Source: Prochlorococcus sp. AG-436-C05
GTDB lineage: Bacteria; Cyanobacteriota; Cyanobacteriia; PCC-6307; Cyanobiaceae
Direction of reading: 5' to 3'
Assembly: GCA_003209795.1 (NCBI GenBank)
Contig: QCPB01000002.1
Location: 44,324 to 108,323 of the forward strand
DNA length: 64,000 nt
A model generated the notes under the pieces. That model was not told the origin of the DNA. It worked only from the letters and a program-made list of their open reading frames with translations, and did not search any database. This document shows, in pieces, positions 31,333 to 41,884 of this stretch. The translations under genes and the position numbers were made by a program. Position 1 is the stretch's first letter, and each line of letters begins with the position of its first letter.

Positions 31333-32337
31333 TTAGAAAGGAGTCTCGAGTGATATTGCATCACCTGAATTTTCTACCGCATACTCTATAAAATCAGCAA
31401 TTTTTAAAGCCCTTGATGCTTGTACTCCGTCAACCTCAGGACTTTCTTTACCTTGCACACATTTTAGAAAATGCTCTAATTCTGCATAAAGAGGTTCGAT
31501 AGATGTTGTACTTACTTCTTCAACATATCCGTCATTCCTATATACTAATTCGCCATGCTCTGCTGTATAAGATTCATGAGATTTTCGATGTATTTGCAAA
31601 GAGTGATTTAAAAAGTCAGTCTCTACCAATCCTTTTTGGCAGTGTGCACTTAAAGTCCTGATTTTTTTATGACTCATTTTGCTTGCAGTTAAGCTTGCTA
31701 TGACATTATTTTTGAAAACTAAAGTAGCATTAACATAGTCTATTAATCCTTCACTATTTCTACCTCCAACAGCCGCTAATTTTTGTATTTTCGAGTTGAC
31801 AAGTTCTAAAACAAGATCAATATCATGAATCATTAAATCCATTACTACTGATACATCATTTGCTCTATCTGCATGAGGACTATGCCTTCTTGCTTCTAAA
31901 ACAACAATTTCTTCATTATTAACTATTTTATTTAATTCTCTAAAAGCAGGATTAAATCTTTCAATATGTCCAACTTGTAAAAGACAATTGCTTTCTTTAG
32001 CTGCATTGATTAAAGATTTTGCTTCTAACTCATTTGCGGCAATTGGTTTTTCAATAAGAACATTAAGTCCTCCCTGAAGGCAATCTAAACCTACCTTTTT
32101 ATGAAGAAGGGTTGGAACTGCAATGCATATCGCATCAACTTTTGGAATTAAGTCCATATAGTTCTGGTACCATTCGCATTGAAATTGCTCCACAGCTAAT
32201 TTACCTCTGTCTTGATTTGGATCGGCAACTCCAACGAGATTTGCATCTTTAAGTAAACTCAGTACTCGAGCGTGATGCCAGCCCATATTTCCTATACCTA
32301 TGACTCCAACCTTTACGGGTTTTGAGGTTGGTTTCAT
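31333..32337 (-). CDS. Gfo/Idh/MocA-family oxidoreductase
   Basis: GVIGIGNMG Rossmann motif, IEKPIA, VGHIERFNP, DLMIHDID. Confidence 0.9.
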   Translation of the reverse strand: MKPTSKPVKVGVIGIGNMGWHHARVLSLLKDANLVGVADPNQDRGKLAVEQFQCEWYQNYMDLIPKVDAICIAVPTLLHKKVGLDCLQGGLNVLIEKPIAANELEAKSLINAAKESNCLLQVGHIERFNPAFRELNKIVNNEEIVVLEARRHSPHADRANDVSVVMDLMIHDIDLVLELVNSKIQKLAAVGGRNSEGLIDYVNATLVFKNNVIASLTASKMSHKKIRTLSAHCQKGLVETDFLNHSLQIHRKSHESYTAEHGELVYRNDGYVEEVSTTSIEPLYAELEHFLKCVQGKESPEVDGVQASRALKIADFIEYAVENSGDAISLETPF

Positions 32338-32387
32338 ATCTTAAAAGCTATACATAATAAGTTATTATCCTCTATCAGATGCCCAAT

Positions 32388-33656
32388 TTAGTTCTTTGGA
32401 AGAATTATTTTTACACGATCAATTTTCGGACCTGACATAGAAATAATTTCAAATTTAATATTATTAAATTCTAAAACATCTCCAATCTTAGGAACCCTTT
32501 GAAATTTTTCAAGCATGAATCCTGCAAGTGTATGATAATCATCTCCTTCCGGAATTAAACACCCTAATTTTTTGTTTATTTCTAGAATTTCGGATTTACC
32601 TGTTATTGACCATTTTTTAGAAAAATTATCTAGCATTTTCATATCTGAATAAATTCTGCTATTTAGCATTTCTTCTCCAACAATTTCTCCATTGAGATCA
32701 GCTGCAGTTATAAGACCCTCGGTTCCTCCATGTTCATCTACAACTAGTAAAAATGGATTGTAGTCTCTAACTATTGGTAATATTTCTGCTAAGGAGCATG
32801 TTTCTATTACTTTAGTAACAGGTAAAAGGAAAGGTTCTAATAATGTATTAGCTGCCATTTCACTCTTAGATATTGACTTAGCTAAATAACGTAAATCCAA
32901 TACTCCTAAAACATCATCAAGTGACTCACCAATTACAAAGAAACGCGCATGCCGAGTTTTATGAACTTGTTTCATAAGTTCTGAAAAGGTAATATTTCTT
33001 GGCAAAGTTACCATCTCAGATCTTGGTATCATTACTTCTTTGACCTGAGTATCTTTTAAAGCAAAAACTCCTTCAAGAATATTTTTTTCATCTGGTTTTA
33101 GACCAGTAACGTTATCTGTTTCTATTAGAGTTTCTAATTCTCCCGCCGATAAGCCTGAATTCAAAGAATCCCATTTATTGTTTAGATTTAAAAAACTCAA
33201 ACAAGCACTTGCAAAAAATTCTATTATGGTTGTGATGGGCTTCATCCCTTTTCGAACTGAATCGAAAATTGTAGTCAACCTCAATGCAGCAGATTCTGGA
33301 TTATTAATTACTAATGCCTTAGGAATTAGTCCAGAAGCAAGAGTCACAATAACTACTATAAAAAAAAATAATAGGAGATCATAAAATTGATTTGATAAAA
33401 TATTTTCTTTCCAATAATCATTAGCGATGCTATTACATACCCAACCAATTGCTATAAGTGATATTGTTACTCCAAATTGGGAAGCTATTAAGGAAGATCT
33501 GAATCTTTTCTGAATTTTTAAAATTGATAATGCTCCTTTCTTTTTTTCTTCTATAAGTCTTAAGACTTTACTTGGTCGTATTAATAAGAATGAAAGTTCG
33601 CTAGCAGCAAAAAAAGCTGGGAATAATAAAAGAAATAATAGTAAAATTATTTTCAT
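32388..33656 (-). CDS. HlyC/CorC-family (DUF21-CBS-CorC) membrane protein
   Basis: FFAASE, EVMIPR, CBS pair with VVDEHGGTEGLIT, CorC YHTLAGF. Confidence 0.88.
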   Translation of the reverse strand: MKIILLLFLLLFPAFFAASELSFLLIRPSKVLRLIEEKKKGALSILKIQKRFRSSLIASQFGVTISLIAIGWVCNSIANDYWKENILSNQFYDLLLFFFIVVIVTLASGLIPKALVINNPESAALRLTTIFDSVRKGMKPITTIIEFFASACLSFLNLNNKWDSLNSGLSAGELETLIETDNVTGLKPDEKNILEGVFALKDTQVKEVMIPRSEMVTLPRNITFSELMKQVHKTRHARFFVIGESLDDVLGVLDLRYLAKSISKSEMAANTLLEPFLLPVTKVIETCSLAEILPIVRDYNPFLLVVDEHGGTEGLITAADLNGEIVGEEMLNSRIYSDMKMLDNFSKKWSITGKSEILEINKKLGCLIPEGDDYHTLAGFMLEKFQRVPKIGDVLEFNNIKFEIISMSGPKIDRVKIILPKN

Positions 33657-33674
33657 TCAATGACAAATTAGTGA

Positions 33675-33747
33675 TGGGGGTGGCGAGGATCGAACTCGCC
33701 TTAGCCAAATTATGAGTTTGGTGCATTCACCAGATTGCTACACCCCC
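33675..33747 (-). tRNA. tRNA with CAU anticodon, most likely tRNA-Ile2 (lysidine); CCA not encoded
   Basis: GGGGGTGTAGCAATCTGGTGAATGCACCAAACTCATAATTTGGCTAAGGCGAGTTCGATCCTCGCCACCCCCA; AACTCATAATT arm resembles cyanobacterial/plastid trnI-CAU and lacks initiator features. Confidence 0.9.
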
Positions 33748-33889
33748 AAGTTGTTTGATTAATTTATAATCATATTGAATTTAAATATACAATATAAAAA
33801 ATAATATTTCAAAAAACGCCAACTTAGTAAGTTTTTGTGAGATTTCTTTTTTTTCTTCTAATCTTTAGATATAAATTTAACTTTCATTA

Positions 33890-34450
33890 ATGGGCAATTT
33901 TTCGGAAAATTATGATTTAAATAAAGCGAAATTGTTAAAACAGTTAATTGAAAAAGCTTATAAGAAAGGAAACTTCACTTTAGCTTCCGGAAAAAAAAGC
34001 AGTCATTACTTGAACTGTAAACCTGTCTCCTTAAATGGCGAAGGTTTGAACTTAATAAGTAATTTATTTTTAGAGTTAATGGAATCAAGGTCAAAGGCAG
34101 TGGCAGGAATGACATTAGGTGCAGATCCTCTTGTAAGTGGATTAATAGTCACAGCAGCTTCGCAGGGTTTATACCTTAATGGTTTAATAATTCGTAAAGA
34201 AATTAAAAAATACGGTACCAAAGCTGGAATAGAGGGTCCTAAATTAGAAGAAGGAACTTTGGTAACTGTCTTAGAGGATGTGGTTACAACTGCTGGTTCA
34301 GTAATAAAAGCTATAAAAAAGTTAAGAGAAAATAATTATGTTGTTGAGGAAGTTTTGTCTATAGTTGATAGACAAGAAGGGGGAAGTGAAGCCCTTAATG
34401 ATGAAAATGTTAAATTAAAGAGTCTGTTTACCATAAAAGACTTTTTATAA
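33890..34450 (+). CDS. pyrE: Orotate phosphoribosyltransferase
   Basis: [34 protein letters not shown] motif. Confidence 0.95.
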   Translation: MGNFSENYDLNKAKLLKQLIEKAYKKGNFTLASGKKSSHYLNCKPVSLNGEGLNLISNLFLELMESRSKAVAGMTLGADPLVSGLIVTAASQGLYLNGLIIRKEIKKYGTKAGIEGPKLEEGTLVTVLEDVVTTAGSVIKAIKKLRENNYVVEEVLSIVDRQEGGSEALNDENVKLKSLFTIKDFL

Positions 34451-34460
34451 TTACCTCAAA

Positions 34461-35297
34461 ATGCAAGATATTAATAAAAAGTTTTGGCTTGAAAAATTTG
34501 ATTGTTTTTCTGTGACTGGTAAAGATGCTAGGAAATTTTTGAATGGAATAACAACTGGTAATATTCTTAATTCAGAAAATAAAGTTTTAAAAACTTGTTG
34601 GTTAACTCCAAATGGAGTTTTAAGGGCATTAATTGAAATTGTTTTTTTAGAAAGAAACTTAGAAGTAATTATCTTGGAGGGTAATACAAATGAAATTATT
34701 AATTACTTTAATCAAATTATTTTTCCTGCCGACGATGTACTTTTAAGTGAACCTTTCTTGATAACTAGAATCCAGGAAATTGATGAATCTAGTTCATGGA
34801 GAACTTACCAGCCTATTTTCTTCAAAACAGAAGATAAAGAATTTGAAATATTTAAAAATAAACTAAATTTACTTAATTCCAATGATTTAAAAATTTGGAA
34901 GGTTAATCAGGCAATACCCTCTTTAGATATGGAAATAAACGGAAAAAATAATCCTCTTGAACTGGGATTAAAAGATCTTATAGATTTTAATAAAGGTTGT
35001 TATTTAGGACAAGAAACCATGTCAAAAATAAAAAATGTTTCTTCTTTAAAACAGGAAATAAGAGTTTGGCAATCATTTGACTGCAATTTGGATTTGGAAA
35101 TTGAAGATAAAAATTTATACACAAATTCTGCTAAAGAAAATTCTGTCGGAAAAATCACTAGTATTGTAAAATCAGATTCGCAAATACAAGGCTTAGCGAT
35201 GATAAAAAGAAAATATTTAGAGGATGGAAGTTATTTTTATTCAGAAATTTTTGGAAAAATTATTATAAATAAATCTTTAGGATCAATTTTTCTTTAA
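34461..35297 (+). CDS. ygfZ: YgfZ-family folate-binding protein
   Basis: GKDARKFLNG, KGCYLGQE signature. Confidence 0.88.
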   Translation: MQDINKKFWLEKFDCFSVTGKDARKFLNGITTGNILNSENKVLKTCWLTPNGVLRALIEIVFLERNLEVIILEGNTNEIINYFNQIIFPADDVLLSEPFLITRIQEIDESSSWRTYQPIFFKTEDKEFEIFKNKLNLLNSNDLKIWKVNQAIPSLDMEINGKNNPLELGLKDLIDFNKGCYLGQETMSKIKNVSSLKQEIRVWQSFDCNLDLEIEDKNLYTNSAKENSVGKITSIVKSDSQIQGLAMIKRKYLEDGSYFYSEIFGKIIINKSLGSIFL

Positions 35298-36701
35298 TTG
35301 ATTTTTGATTAAATATTCTAAAATTTGTAGAGTTGCCAAACAATCATCTTTGTTATATTGGATAATTTTTTTTAAAAAAATTTCGTTTTCTGTAATTTGA
35401 TATTGAATCCACCAATAAAGGGCTTTCGAGCCACTTGCATTTTTCTGCTCCCATTCAAATCCTAGCCAATTAGAAACGGTTTTTAACCCATAGTTTTTTA
35501 GCGGTAATATCCAAGACTTTCTTATATAAGTATGTAAGTCTAAAAATCTTGAGGTAAGTGAATCAATTTCTTCAAAACTAAAATTTAGGGTTTTAGCAAT
35601 ATTAATTATTGCTATTTTTTCAGTCTCTCCATAATGTAAGACAGGCCATTCCTTGTGTGAAAAAAGTATTTTAATAATTTGCCTGTAAGATTCTCCTTTA
35701 TTGTTTTTGAGATTTAAGATTGGCTCATAAATAAGATCTTCTTTTTTTATAAACAAATTATTTATTTTTAAAAAACCATATAAAAAGTCATGCTTATCGT
35801 CTGGATTTGACTCAATATCAAATATATAAAATCCCGAACATGTTTTTTCTAAGAGATCGTCATTATCATTTTTATTGGAAATGAAGTATGGTTCCCCAGA
35901 AATATACGCTTGCGCTTGCTTTACAAATATGGAGGCTTTTTCATACTTTTGATCATTGAATTTAGATAATTTCTTTCCAAGTTGTTTTTCGCTATAAGAA
36001 GCTAATGTTTGGGTATTAGTTATTCCATTTATTTTCAGTAATGAGGCCGTTTTGGAGCCTATCCCATCTATATCTGTTAGATATTCATTTTCTTTTGCTT
36101 CTTTGTCACAAAATTTTTGCCATGAACAAATAGTACATTTTTTTCTATCTTGAGTTATTTCTGGCATAAATCCCTCCAAGCATTCATTCAAATTTAATAA
36201 AACATTCAAAACTTTTTTTCTTAATTTTTTATTTAAATAAATTTCTTCAACATTAACTTTTTTATCAAAACTTGAAATTACGAATCCTTTTTCAATTTTA
36301 GATTCTTCAAAAGATTCCAAAAGAATAGAACTAAAAGCCAAGTCGAATAAATGTTCTTTAGTAGTTTTGTGGCCTAATTTATAAACAGCAGGTAGATATT
36401 TATATGGACCCCATTTACTTATACCTTTAGTCCTTAAAAGTAATTGGGGATGTATCTCTGCGTTAACATTTTGGAAAAATTTTCCTTTAATTTTTAATCC
36501 AATTACCCCTTGATATCCCTTTTTACAGGCTTTTAATCCTGTATATATTTCACCATTACATAATTTAGAGAAAATTTGATATTGGTTAACTTTATCTATG
36601 GCTTTATGCGCAGACCAAACTTCATACGATTTATCACCCTTGAAATCTAGCCATGCTTTTCTCTTGCATCTTATAAAACTTTTTAAATAAAGAGTATTCA
36701 A
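35283..36701 (-). CDS. TM0106-family RecB-like nuclease with HhH and C-terminal RNase H-like domain
   Basis: C..(x~175)..CxxCx5C, DIDGIG HhH, FDIES/HYG/YGLK/YNKDDC exonuclease motifs. Confidence 0.82.
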   Translation of the reverse strand: MNTLYLKSFIRCKRKAWLDFKGDKSYEVWSAHKAIDKVNQYQIFSKLCNGEIYTGLKACKKGYQGVIGLKIKGKFFQNVNAEIHPQLLLRTKGISKWGPYKYLPAVYKLGHKTTKEHLFDLAFSSILLESFEESKIEKGFVISSFDKKVNVEEIYLNKKLRKKVLNVLLNLNECLEGFMPEITQDRKKCTICSWQKFCDKEAKENEYLTDIDGIGSKTASLLKINGITNTQTLASYSEKQLGKKLSKFNDQKYEKASIFVKQAQAYISGEPYFISNKNDNDDLLEKTCSGFYIFDIESNPDDKHDFLYGFLKINNLFIKKEDLIYEPILNLKNNKGESYRQIIKILFSHKEWPVLHYGETEKIAIINIAKTLNFSFEEIDSLTSRFLDLHTYIRKSWILPLKNYGLKTVSNWLGFEWEQKNASGSKALYWWIQYQITENEIFLKKIIQYNKDDCLATLQILEYLIKNQLKKN

Positions 36702-36779
36702 ATTATTTTATTGGCGGTTTTAAAATTTACTTATATAAATTAATATAGATAATTAAAAGAAATCAAGGAAGTCTTCAAT

Positions 36780-38234
36780 TTGCAAGGTGACACATTAGAA
36801 AATATGAAATTTGGAACTGATGGTTGGAGAGGAATAATTGGATTTGATTTTAACCTGTCCAATCTTTCAAGAGTTGTTGTGGCTGCCTGCCAGGAGTTGC
36901 ATTATCAATACTATAAGGAAGTTAATTCAAAGAAAATTTTAATTGGATATGATCGTAGATTTATGGCAAGTGAATTTGCCAAGCATGTAGCCCCTTTTGT
37001 TAGAGGATGTGGTTTTGAACCGATCTTATCTAATAGCTTTGTTACAACCCCCTCCTGTAGTTTCTATGCCAAAGAAATGGGTTGTTTAGGAGCGTTAGTA
37101 ATTACAGCAAGTCATAATCCATATAATTGGCTGGGTCTCAAAATAAAGAGCTTTAATGGATGTTCTGTTGACGAATCTTTTACAAGTGAAATTGAAAAAA
37201 GATTAATGCTTGGAAATTCAATTGAAAAAATAGATGGAGCCACTCAATTTGTAGATATTAAGAATTTTCATTTGGATAGAATCAAATCCCTTTTTGATAT
37301 TGACTTTATTTCCAATAGATTGAAAAAAATGAAACTAAGAATTTTTGTAGATTCTATGCACGGTTCAGCTGCAAATTGTATGGCTGATATTTTTGCCTCT
37401 AATGATTCAGAAGTTATTTCAGAAATCAGAAAAGATGCTGATCCTTTTTTTGGCGGAAAACCTCCTGAACCTCTTTTAAATTATGTAGATGATTTAAATC
37501 AAATACTAATCAAAAATTCAAAAAATGAAGTGAAAACTCTAGGAATTATATTTGATGGTGATGGTGACAGAATTGCGGCAATTGATGAAAAAGGAAGATA
37601 CTCTAGTACGCAGGATTTACTGCCATATTTTATTCACTATTTAGGCGAAATTAAAAATAATTATTATCCAGTTTTAAAGACTGTTAGTGGTTCAGATATT
37701 ATTAAAAATATATCAGAGAGTCAAAATAGAGATGTTTTTGAACTTCCAGTTGGCTTTAAATATATTGCTGAAAAAATGATTAAAGAGAAAATATTTATTG
37801 GAGGAGAGGAATCTGGGGGGGTTGGTTTTGGTGACTTTATGCCTGAAAGAGATGCTATATATGCAGCAATGGTTTTATTAAATGGAATTGCTGAAAAATC
37901 TCAATATTTATACGAAACCTTAGATGAAATACAAAAAGATTTTGGGCCAAGTTTCTATAAAAGAATTGATATTAAATTTCCAAATCAGTCAGAAAAAAAT
38001 TCTGTAGAGGAATTTATAATACATAATATTCCTGAGAATATTAATAATCACAAGTTAAAAAGTATCTCAAAGATCGATGGAATAAAGTTGAGAATTAATA
38101 AAAATTTTTGGCTTCTTTTTAGGTTTTCTGGAACCGAACCTCTTTTAAGGTTGTATTGTGAAGCACCAAAAGAATCTTATCTAGATGAGGTATTAGAGTG
38201 GGGTCAAGAATTTATAAATTTGGCCGGAAAATAA
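36780..38234 (+). CDS. Phosphoglucomutase/phosphomannomutase family protein
   Basis: FGTDGWRG, ITASHNP, FDGDGDR, GGEESGG, RFSGTEP. Confidence 0.92.
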   Translation: MQGDTLENMKFGTDGWRGIIGFDFNLSNLSRVVVAACQELHYQYYKEVNSKKILIGYDRRFMASEFAKHVAPFVRGCGFEPILSNSFVTTPSCSFYAKEMGCLGALVITASHNPYNWLGLKIKSFNGCSVDESFTSEIEKRLMLGNSIEKIDGATQFVDIKNFHLDRIKSLFDIDFISNRLKKMKLRIFVDSMHGSAANCMADIFASNDSEVISEIRKDADPFFGGKPPEPLLNYVDDLNQILIKNSKNEVKTLGIIFDGDGDRIAAIDEKGRYSSTQDLLPYFIHYLGEIKNNYYPVLKTVSGSDIIKNISESQNRDVFELPVGFKYIAEKMIKEKIFIGGEESGGVGFGDFMPERDAIYAAMVLLNGIAEKSQYLYETLDEIQKDFGPSFYKRIDIKFPNQSEKNSVEEFIIHNIPENINNHKLKSISKIDGIKLRINKNFWLLFRFSGTEPLLRLYCEAPKESYLDEVLEWGQEFINLAGK

Positions 38235-38236
38235 GG

Positions 38237-38821
38237 ATGAAAAATTTATATTTAGCGAGTAAGAATAAAGGTAAAATTGAAGAATATCAGAAATTGCTTG
38301 CTGGAGTTAATTGTAAATTATTACTTCAGCCAGAATCATTAGAAGTTGAAGAGGATGGGCTGACATTTAGAGATAATGCAATTAAAAAAGCGAGTGAAGT
38401 TTCGAGAAAAACAAATAATTTCTCAATAGCAGATGATTCTGGAATTTGTATTGAAGCATTAGATGGGAAGCCAGGCATTTACTCATCAAGATATGCAGAA
38501 AATGATCAGAAGAGAATTGAACGAGTTTTAAAAGAACTTGATGGAGTTGAAAATAGAACTGCTTTCTTTATTGCTAATATTTGTGTGTGTTCCCCAAAAG
38601 GTGAAGTGATTATAGAATCTGAAGCTAAATGTTATGGAAATATTATTTTAAACCCTAGAGGAAAAGGTGGTTTTGGGTATGACCCAATTTTTGAGGAACG
38701 TTCTACTGGATTAACTTTCGCAGAAATGAATAATGATATTAAAGAATCTTGTAGCCATAGAGGTAAAGCATTAAAAAAAATTATTCCAGATTTAATTGAA
38801 ATTTTTTTTAAAGTCAATTAA
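38237..38821 (+). CDS. rdgB: Non-canonical purine NTP pyrophosphatase (RdgB/HAM1); ATG 38237 preferred
   Basis: ASKNKGK, ADDSG, GFGYDPIF, SHRGKA. Confidence 0.93.
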   Translation: MKNLYLASKNKGKIEEYQKLLAGVNCKLLLQPESLEVEEDGLTFRDNAIKKASEVSRKTNNFSIADDSGICIEALDGKPGIYSSRYAENDQKRIERVLKELDGVENRTAFFIANICVCSPKGEVIIESEAKCYGNIILNPRGKGGFGYDPIFEERSTGLTFAEMNNDIKESCSHRGKALKKIIPDLIEIFFKVN

Positions 38822-40298
38822 CCCAAGATCCATGTAGGCCATGGGGAATTGAAATGGGTAATTCATAAACAGCTAATTCTTTTAAGTCTTTTGCGTCTAA
38901 TATCACTAAATCGCTTCCTCTTCGTTTTCCGTTCCATAGAAGTATAAATAAAAATCCTTCATCTTCTTTAGAAGAGTTTTCTGATGGAACCATAATTGGT
39001 TCACTTACGAATCCACTTGGACCTGCTGACCAATAACTTTCCTCCTTTGAAATTAAATTTATTTTTTTTATTGCTTGAAGTGGAGCGTTCCCTAGCTTTT
39101 GAGATGTGCTTGCCATCCAACTAAAAGTTGCTGTTAATCCTAAATTTTTAGGATTAACAACAGCAAATTCACAACATTGTTCACTTATAGTTTCAAGTTT
39201 ACTAGTTTTTTTCTTTAGATCGATAGTTGATCTTTTCAGTTTTCCTTCTGGATATTTATCAAAGTCAATATCCCTAAAATTCTCGTCTGGACCAACTGAT
39301 GGGAAATCATCATAAAAAATACTATCTAATACGATTTTGGAATCTTTTTCAAATGCATTTACATGATGAAAAACGAATCCTTCTGGAGCATCGATTGTTA
39401 ACGATGAATGACCTCTAAATAATCCACTTTCTCTGGGTATTATAAAAAACTTTGCCTTTTTATTTGGATTAGACTTTAAACATTGTGCTGCCCCTTTTTG
39501 CCCCATTACAAATGGAATAGGGTTGAAATCGATAGCATTCTGTAAGAATATTGCCCAATTAGTTGTAATTGCGAAATCATGAAGGAATGCAAAGCCATTA
39601 AAGGTATCTTTTCTGTCGACAATGAGCTCTCCAGGATTTTCACCAGCATTATTAAATTCCATTAATCTAATGGTACTTTTTGGCCCGGTTTGCACTCCAA
39701 AAGTGACTAAAAGTTCTGAAGATGCATTTGAGTTTAGGTCTGTTTTGGGATGAGCACTGAATGCTTCGTTAGGCTTGAGTACCCCTTTTAATGTTGTTAA
39801 ACCAATAGTGTCAAGACTATCAGGATGTATTGCATGTGGCCCAGCTGCTTCCCATAATGCGAGAATTTCATCTCCTAGTTTAACGACATGAGTATTAGCA
39901 ATATTCTTAAATTTTAGATCTAATGCATTATTTAAAATTCCTCCATTTTTTTTGGTGCCAAAAACACCTCTATAAATAAATTTATTTATTTTTTCTTCTT
40001 CCAAATACCCTTTAGTCTTGACAAATCTATTTGTTAAGAATGGCTGACCATTTTCGAATTTTATGGAAGTGATCATACCATCACCATCAAATGGATGATG
40101 TACCCATTGTCCATCTCTCTCTAATATCCCTGGTCCATTTCTTAATAATGTTCCATTTAAATTTTTAATATTCTTACCTTTGCTAATTGTTAGAGGCTCT
40201 TTAGTTAGCTCCTTTTCTACATTTTGATACGCACTGGACCAATCTTCTTTATTAAAACTTTTAATTTTATCAATTTTTTTATCTTCTAAATTAGTCAC
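38814..40298 (-). CDS. Carotenoid oxygenase (apocarotenoid cleavage dioxygenase) family protein
   Basis: RNGPG, HPFDGDGM and four Fe-binding His (SAHPK, FLHDF, VFHH, HGLHGSW). Confidence 0.92.
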   Translation of the reverse strand: MTNLEDKKIDKIKSFNKEDWSSAYQNVEKELTKEPLTISKGKNIKNLNGTLLRNGPGILERDGQWVHHPFDGDGMITSIKFENGQPFLTNRFVKTKGYLEEEKINKFIYRGVFGTKKNGGILNNALDLKFKNIANTHVVKLGDEILALWEAAGPHAIHPDSLDTIGLTTLKGVLKPNEAFSAHPKTDLNSNASSELLVTFGVQTGPKSTIRLMEFNNAGENPGELIVDRKDTFNGFAFLHDFAITTNWAIFLQNAIDFNPIPFVMGQKGAAQCLKSNPNKKAKFFIIPRESGLFRGHSSLTIDAPEGFVFHHVNAFEKDSKIVLDSIFYDDFPSVGPDENFRDIDFDKYPEGKLKRSTIDLKKKTSKLETISEQCCEFAVVNPKNLGLTATFSWMASTSQKLGNAPLQAIKKINLISKEESYWSAGPSGFVSEPIMVPSENSSKEDEGFLFILLWNGKRRGSDLVILDAKDLKELAVYELPISIPHGLHGSWVN

Positions 40299-40370
40299 AA
40301 CAAAATGATTACTATATCTATCTTCGCCAAAAATTAACTGAATTGTGGCTGTTTCAAAAATATTCCTATT

Positions 40371-40976
40371 TTATTGATTTTCTAGCATTCCTTTACTGCT
40401 TGGAATTGAATCAGATCTTCTCAGATCTATTTCGGTAGCCATTCTCATTGCTCTTGAAAAAGCTTTAAAGCAAGCCTCAACTATATGATGTGAATTACTA
40501 CCTTTTATTTGATTAATATGCAGAGTAATACCACTGTTATTTACAAAGGCAATAAAAAACTCTTTTACTAGTTCAGTATCATAATTTCCTATTCTTGGAG
40601 CTTTTAATTGAAGATCATAAGATAGATGTGGTCTGCCAGAACAGTCTAAAGTGACTTGAACTAATGCTTCATCTAATGGGGCAAAGAAATGTCCAAATCT
40701 GCTTATTCCTTTTCTTTCTCCCAAAGCTTTTGAAAATGCTTTGCCTAATGCTATTCCTACATCTTCATTTGTATGATGGTCATCAATATGGGTATCTCCA
40801 ATTGCTTTGATTTTTAAATCGAACAAACCATGACTGGATATTTGATGAAGCATATGATCTAAGAATGGTATCCCGGTATCAATCTCAGAAATCCCAGTTC
40901 CATCTAAGTTTATAAATACAGAAATATCTGTTTCATTAGTTTTTCTTTTTATTTCAGATTGCCTTAGAGATGACAT
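40371..40976 (-). CDS. hisB: Imidazoleglycerol-phosphate dehydratase
   Basis: [30 protein letters not shown]. Confidence 0.97.
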   Translation of the reverse strand: MSSLRQSEIKRKTNETDISVFINLDGTGISEIDTGIPFLDHMLHQISSHGLFDLKIKAIGDTHIDDHHTNEDVGIALGKAFSKALGERKGISRFGHFFAPLDEALVQVTLDCSGRPHLSYDLQLKAPRIGNYDTELVKEFFIAFVNNSGITLHINQIKGSNSHHIVEACFKAFSRAMRMATEIDLRRSDSIPSSKGMLENQ

Positions 40977-40996
40977 TTTTATGCAAAAAACTTAGT

Positions 40997-41779
40997 TTAC
41001 ATTCCATTAATGCAGTAACCCGCATCAACATAAATTGTTTGGCCTGAAATGCCGCTAGAGAGATCACTTAATAAAAAAGCAGCAGTATTACCTACTTCTG
41101 TTTGAGTGACTGTTCTGCGTAAAGGAGCCTTTTCTTCAACATTGTGAATCATATCTAAAATGCCACCTATAGCAGAACTCGCAAGTGTTCTTATAGGCCC
41201 AGCACTTATTGCATTAACTCTCACTTGTTTTTTGGGACCAAGTTCTGCAGAAAGATATCTTACTGAAGCTTCTAAAGCTGCTTTGGCAACTCCCATCACG
41301 TTGTAATTAGGAATCGCCCTCTCTGATCCTAAATAAGTTAATGAGACAACGCCAGCACCATCACTAAAAAGTGGTTTTGCTGCTTTACATAAAGGTGCTA
41401 ATGAATAAGCACTGATATTAAGAGCCCTATCAAAACCCTCTGAAGTGGTAGCACTATAATCTCCAATCAATTCGTCGCGTCCTGCAAATGCTAAGCAGTG
41501 AACTAATCCATCAATTTGCCCCCAATTGTTTTTTATATTTTTAAAGATTTCTTCTATTTGAGATGGATTTTGAACATCGAGAGGCAAAAATAACGATGGG
41601 TTTAACGGTTCAGTTAGTTCTCTAACTTTAGATTCGAATCTTCCCTTATCATCAGGCAAATATGTGATTCCAAGTTCTGCACCAGCTTTTGAAAGTTGTT
41701 GAGCAATACCCCATGCTATTGAACGATTGTTGGCAATTCCTGTAACAAGAATTTTTTTGCCAGTGAGATTTAGAAGCAT
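40997..41779 (-). CDS. fabI: Enoyl-ACP reductase
   Basis: GIANNRSIAWG, YNVMGVAKAALE, AGPIRTLA. Confidence 0.97.
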   Translation of the reverse strand: MLLNLTGKKILVTGIANNRSIAWGIAQQLSKAGAELGITYLPDDKGRFESKVRELTEPLNPSLFLPLDVQNPSQIEEIFKNIKNNWGQIDGLVHCLAFAGRDELIGDYSATTSEGFDRALNISAYSLAPLCKAAKPLFSDGAGVVSLTYLGSERAIPNYNVMGVAKAALEASVRYLSAELGPKKQVRVNAISAGPIRTLASSAIGGILDMIHNVEEKAPLRRTVTQTEVGNTAAFLLSDLSSGISGQTIYVDAGYCINGM

Positions 41780-41884
41780 TTTGTTTTTTATTTCTATTAT
41801 TCTCCTATATAAAAGTACCTATCTTTACGGATTACTGCAAAATATACAATAATTTTCAAATATCAAAGAATATTTAACTTAAAC

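Noticed and set aside
33657-33889. tRNA-Ile2 as an integration site for an island or tycheposon
   Set aside because: No integrase, no duplicated tRNA fragment noticed, and core genes on both sides.
35283-36701. Cas4-like cysteines as evidence of a CRISPR-Cas or defence locus
   Set aside because: No repeat-spacer array or cas1/cas2 nearby; the gene sits among housekeeping genes.
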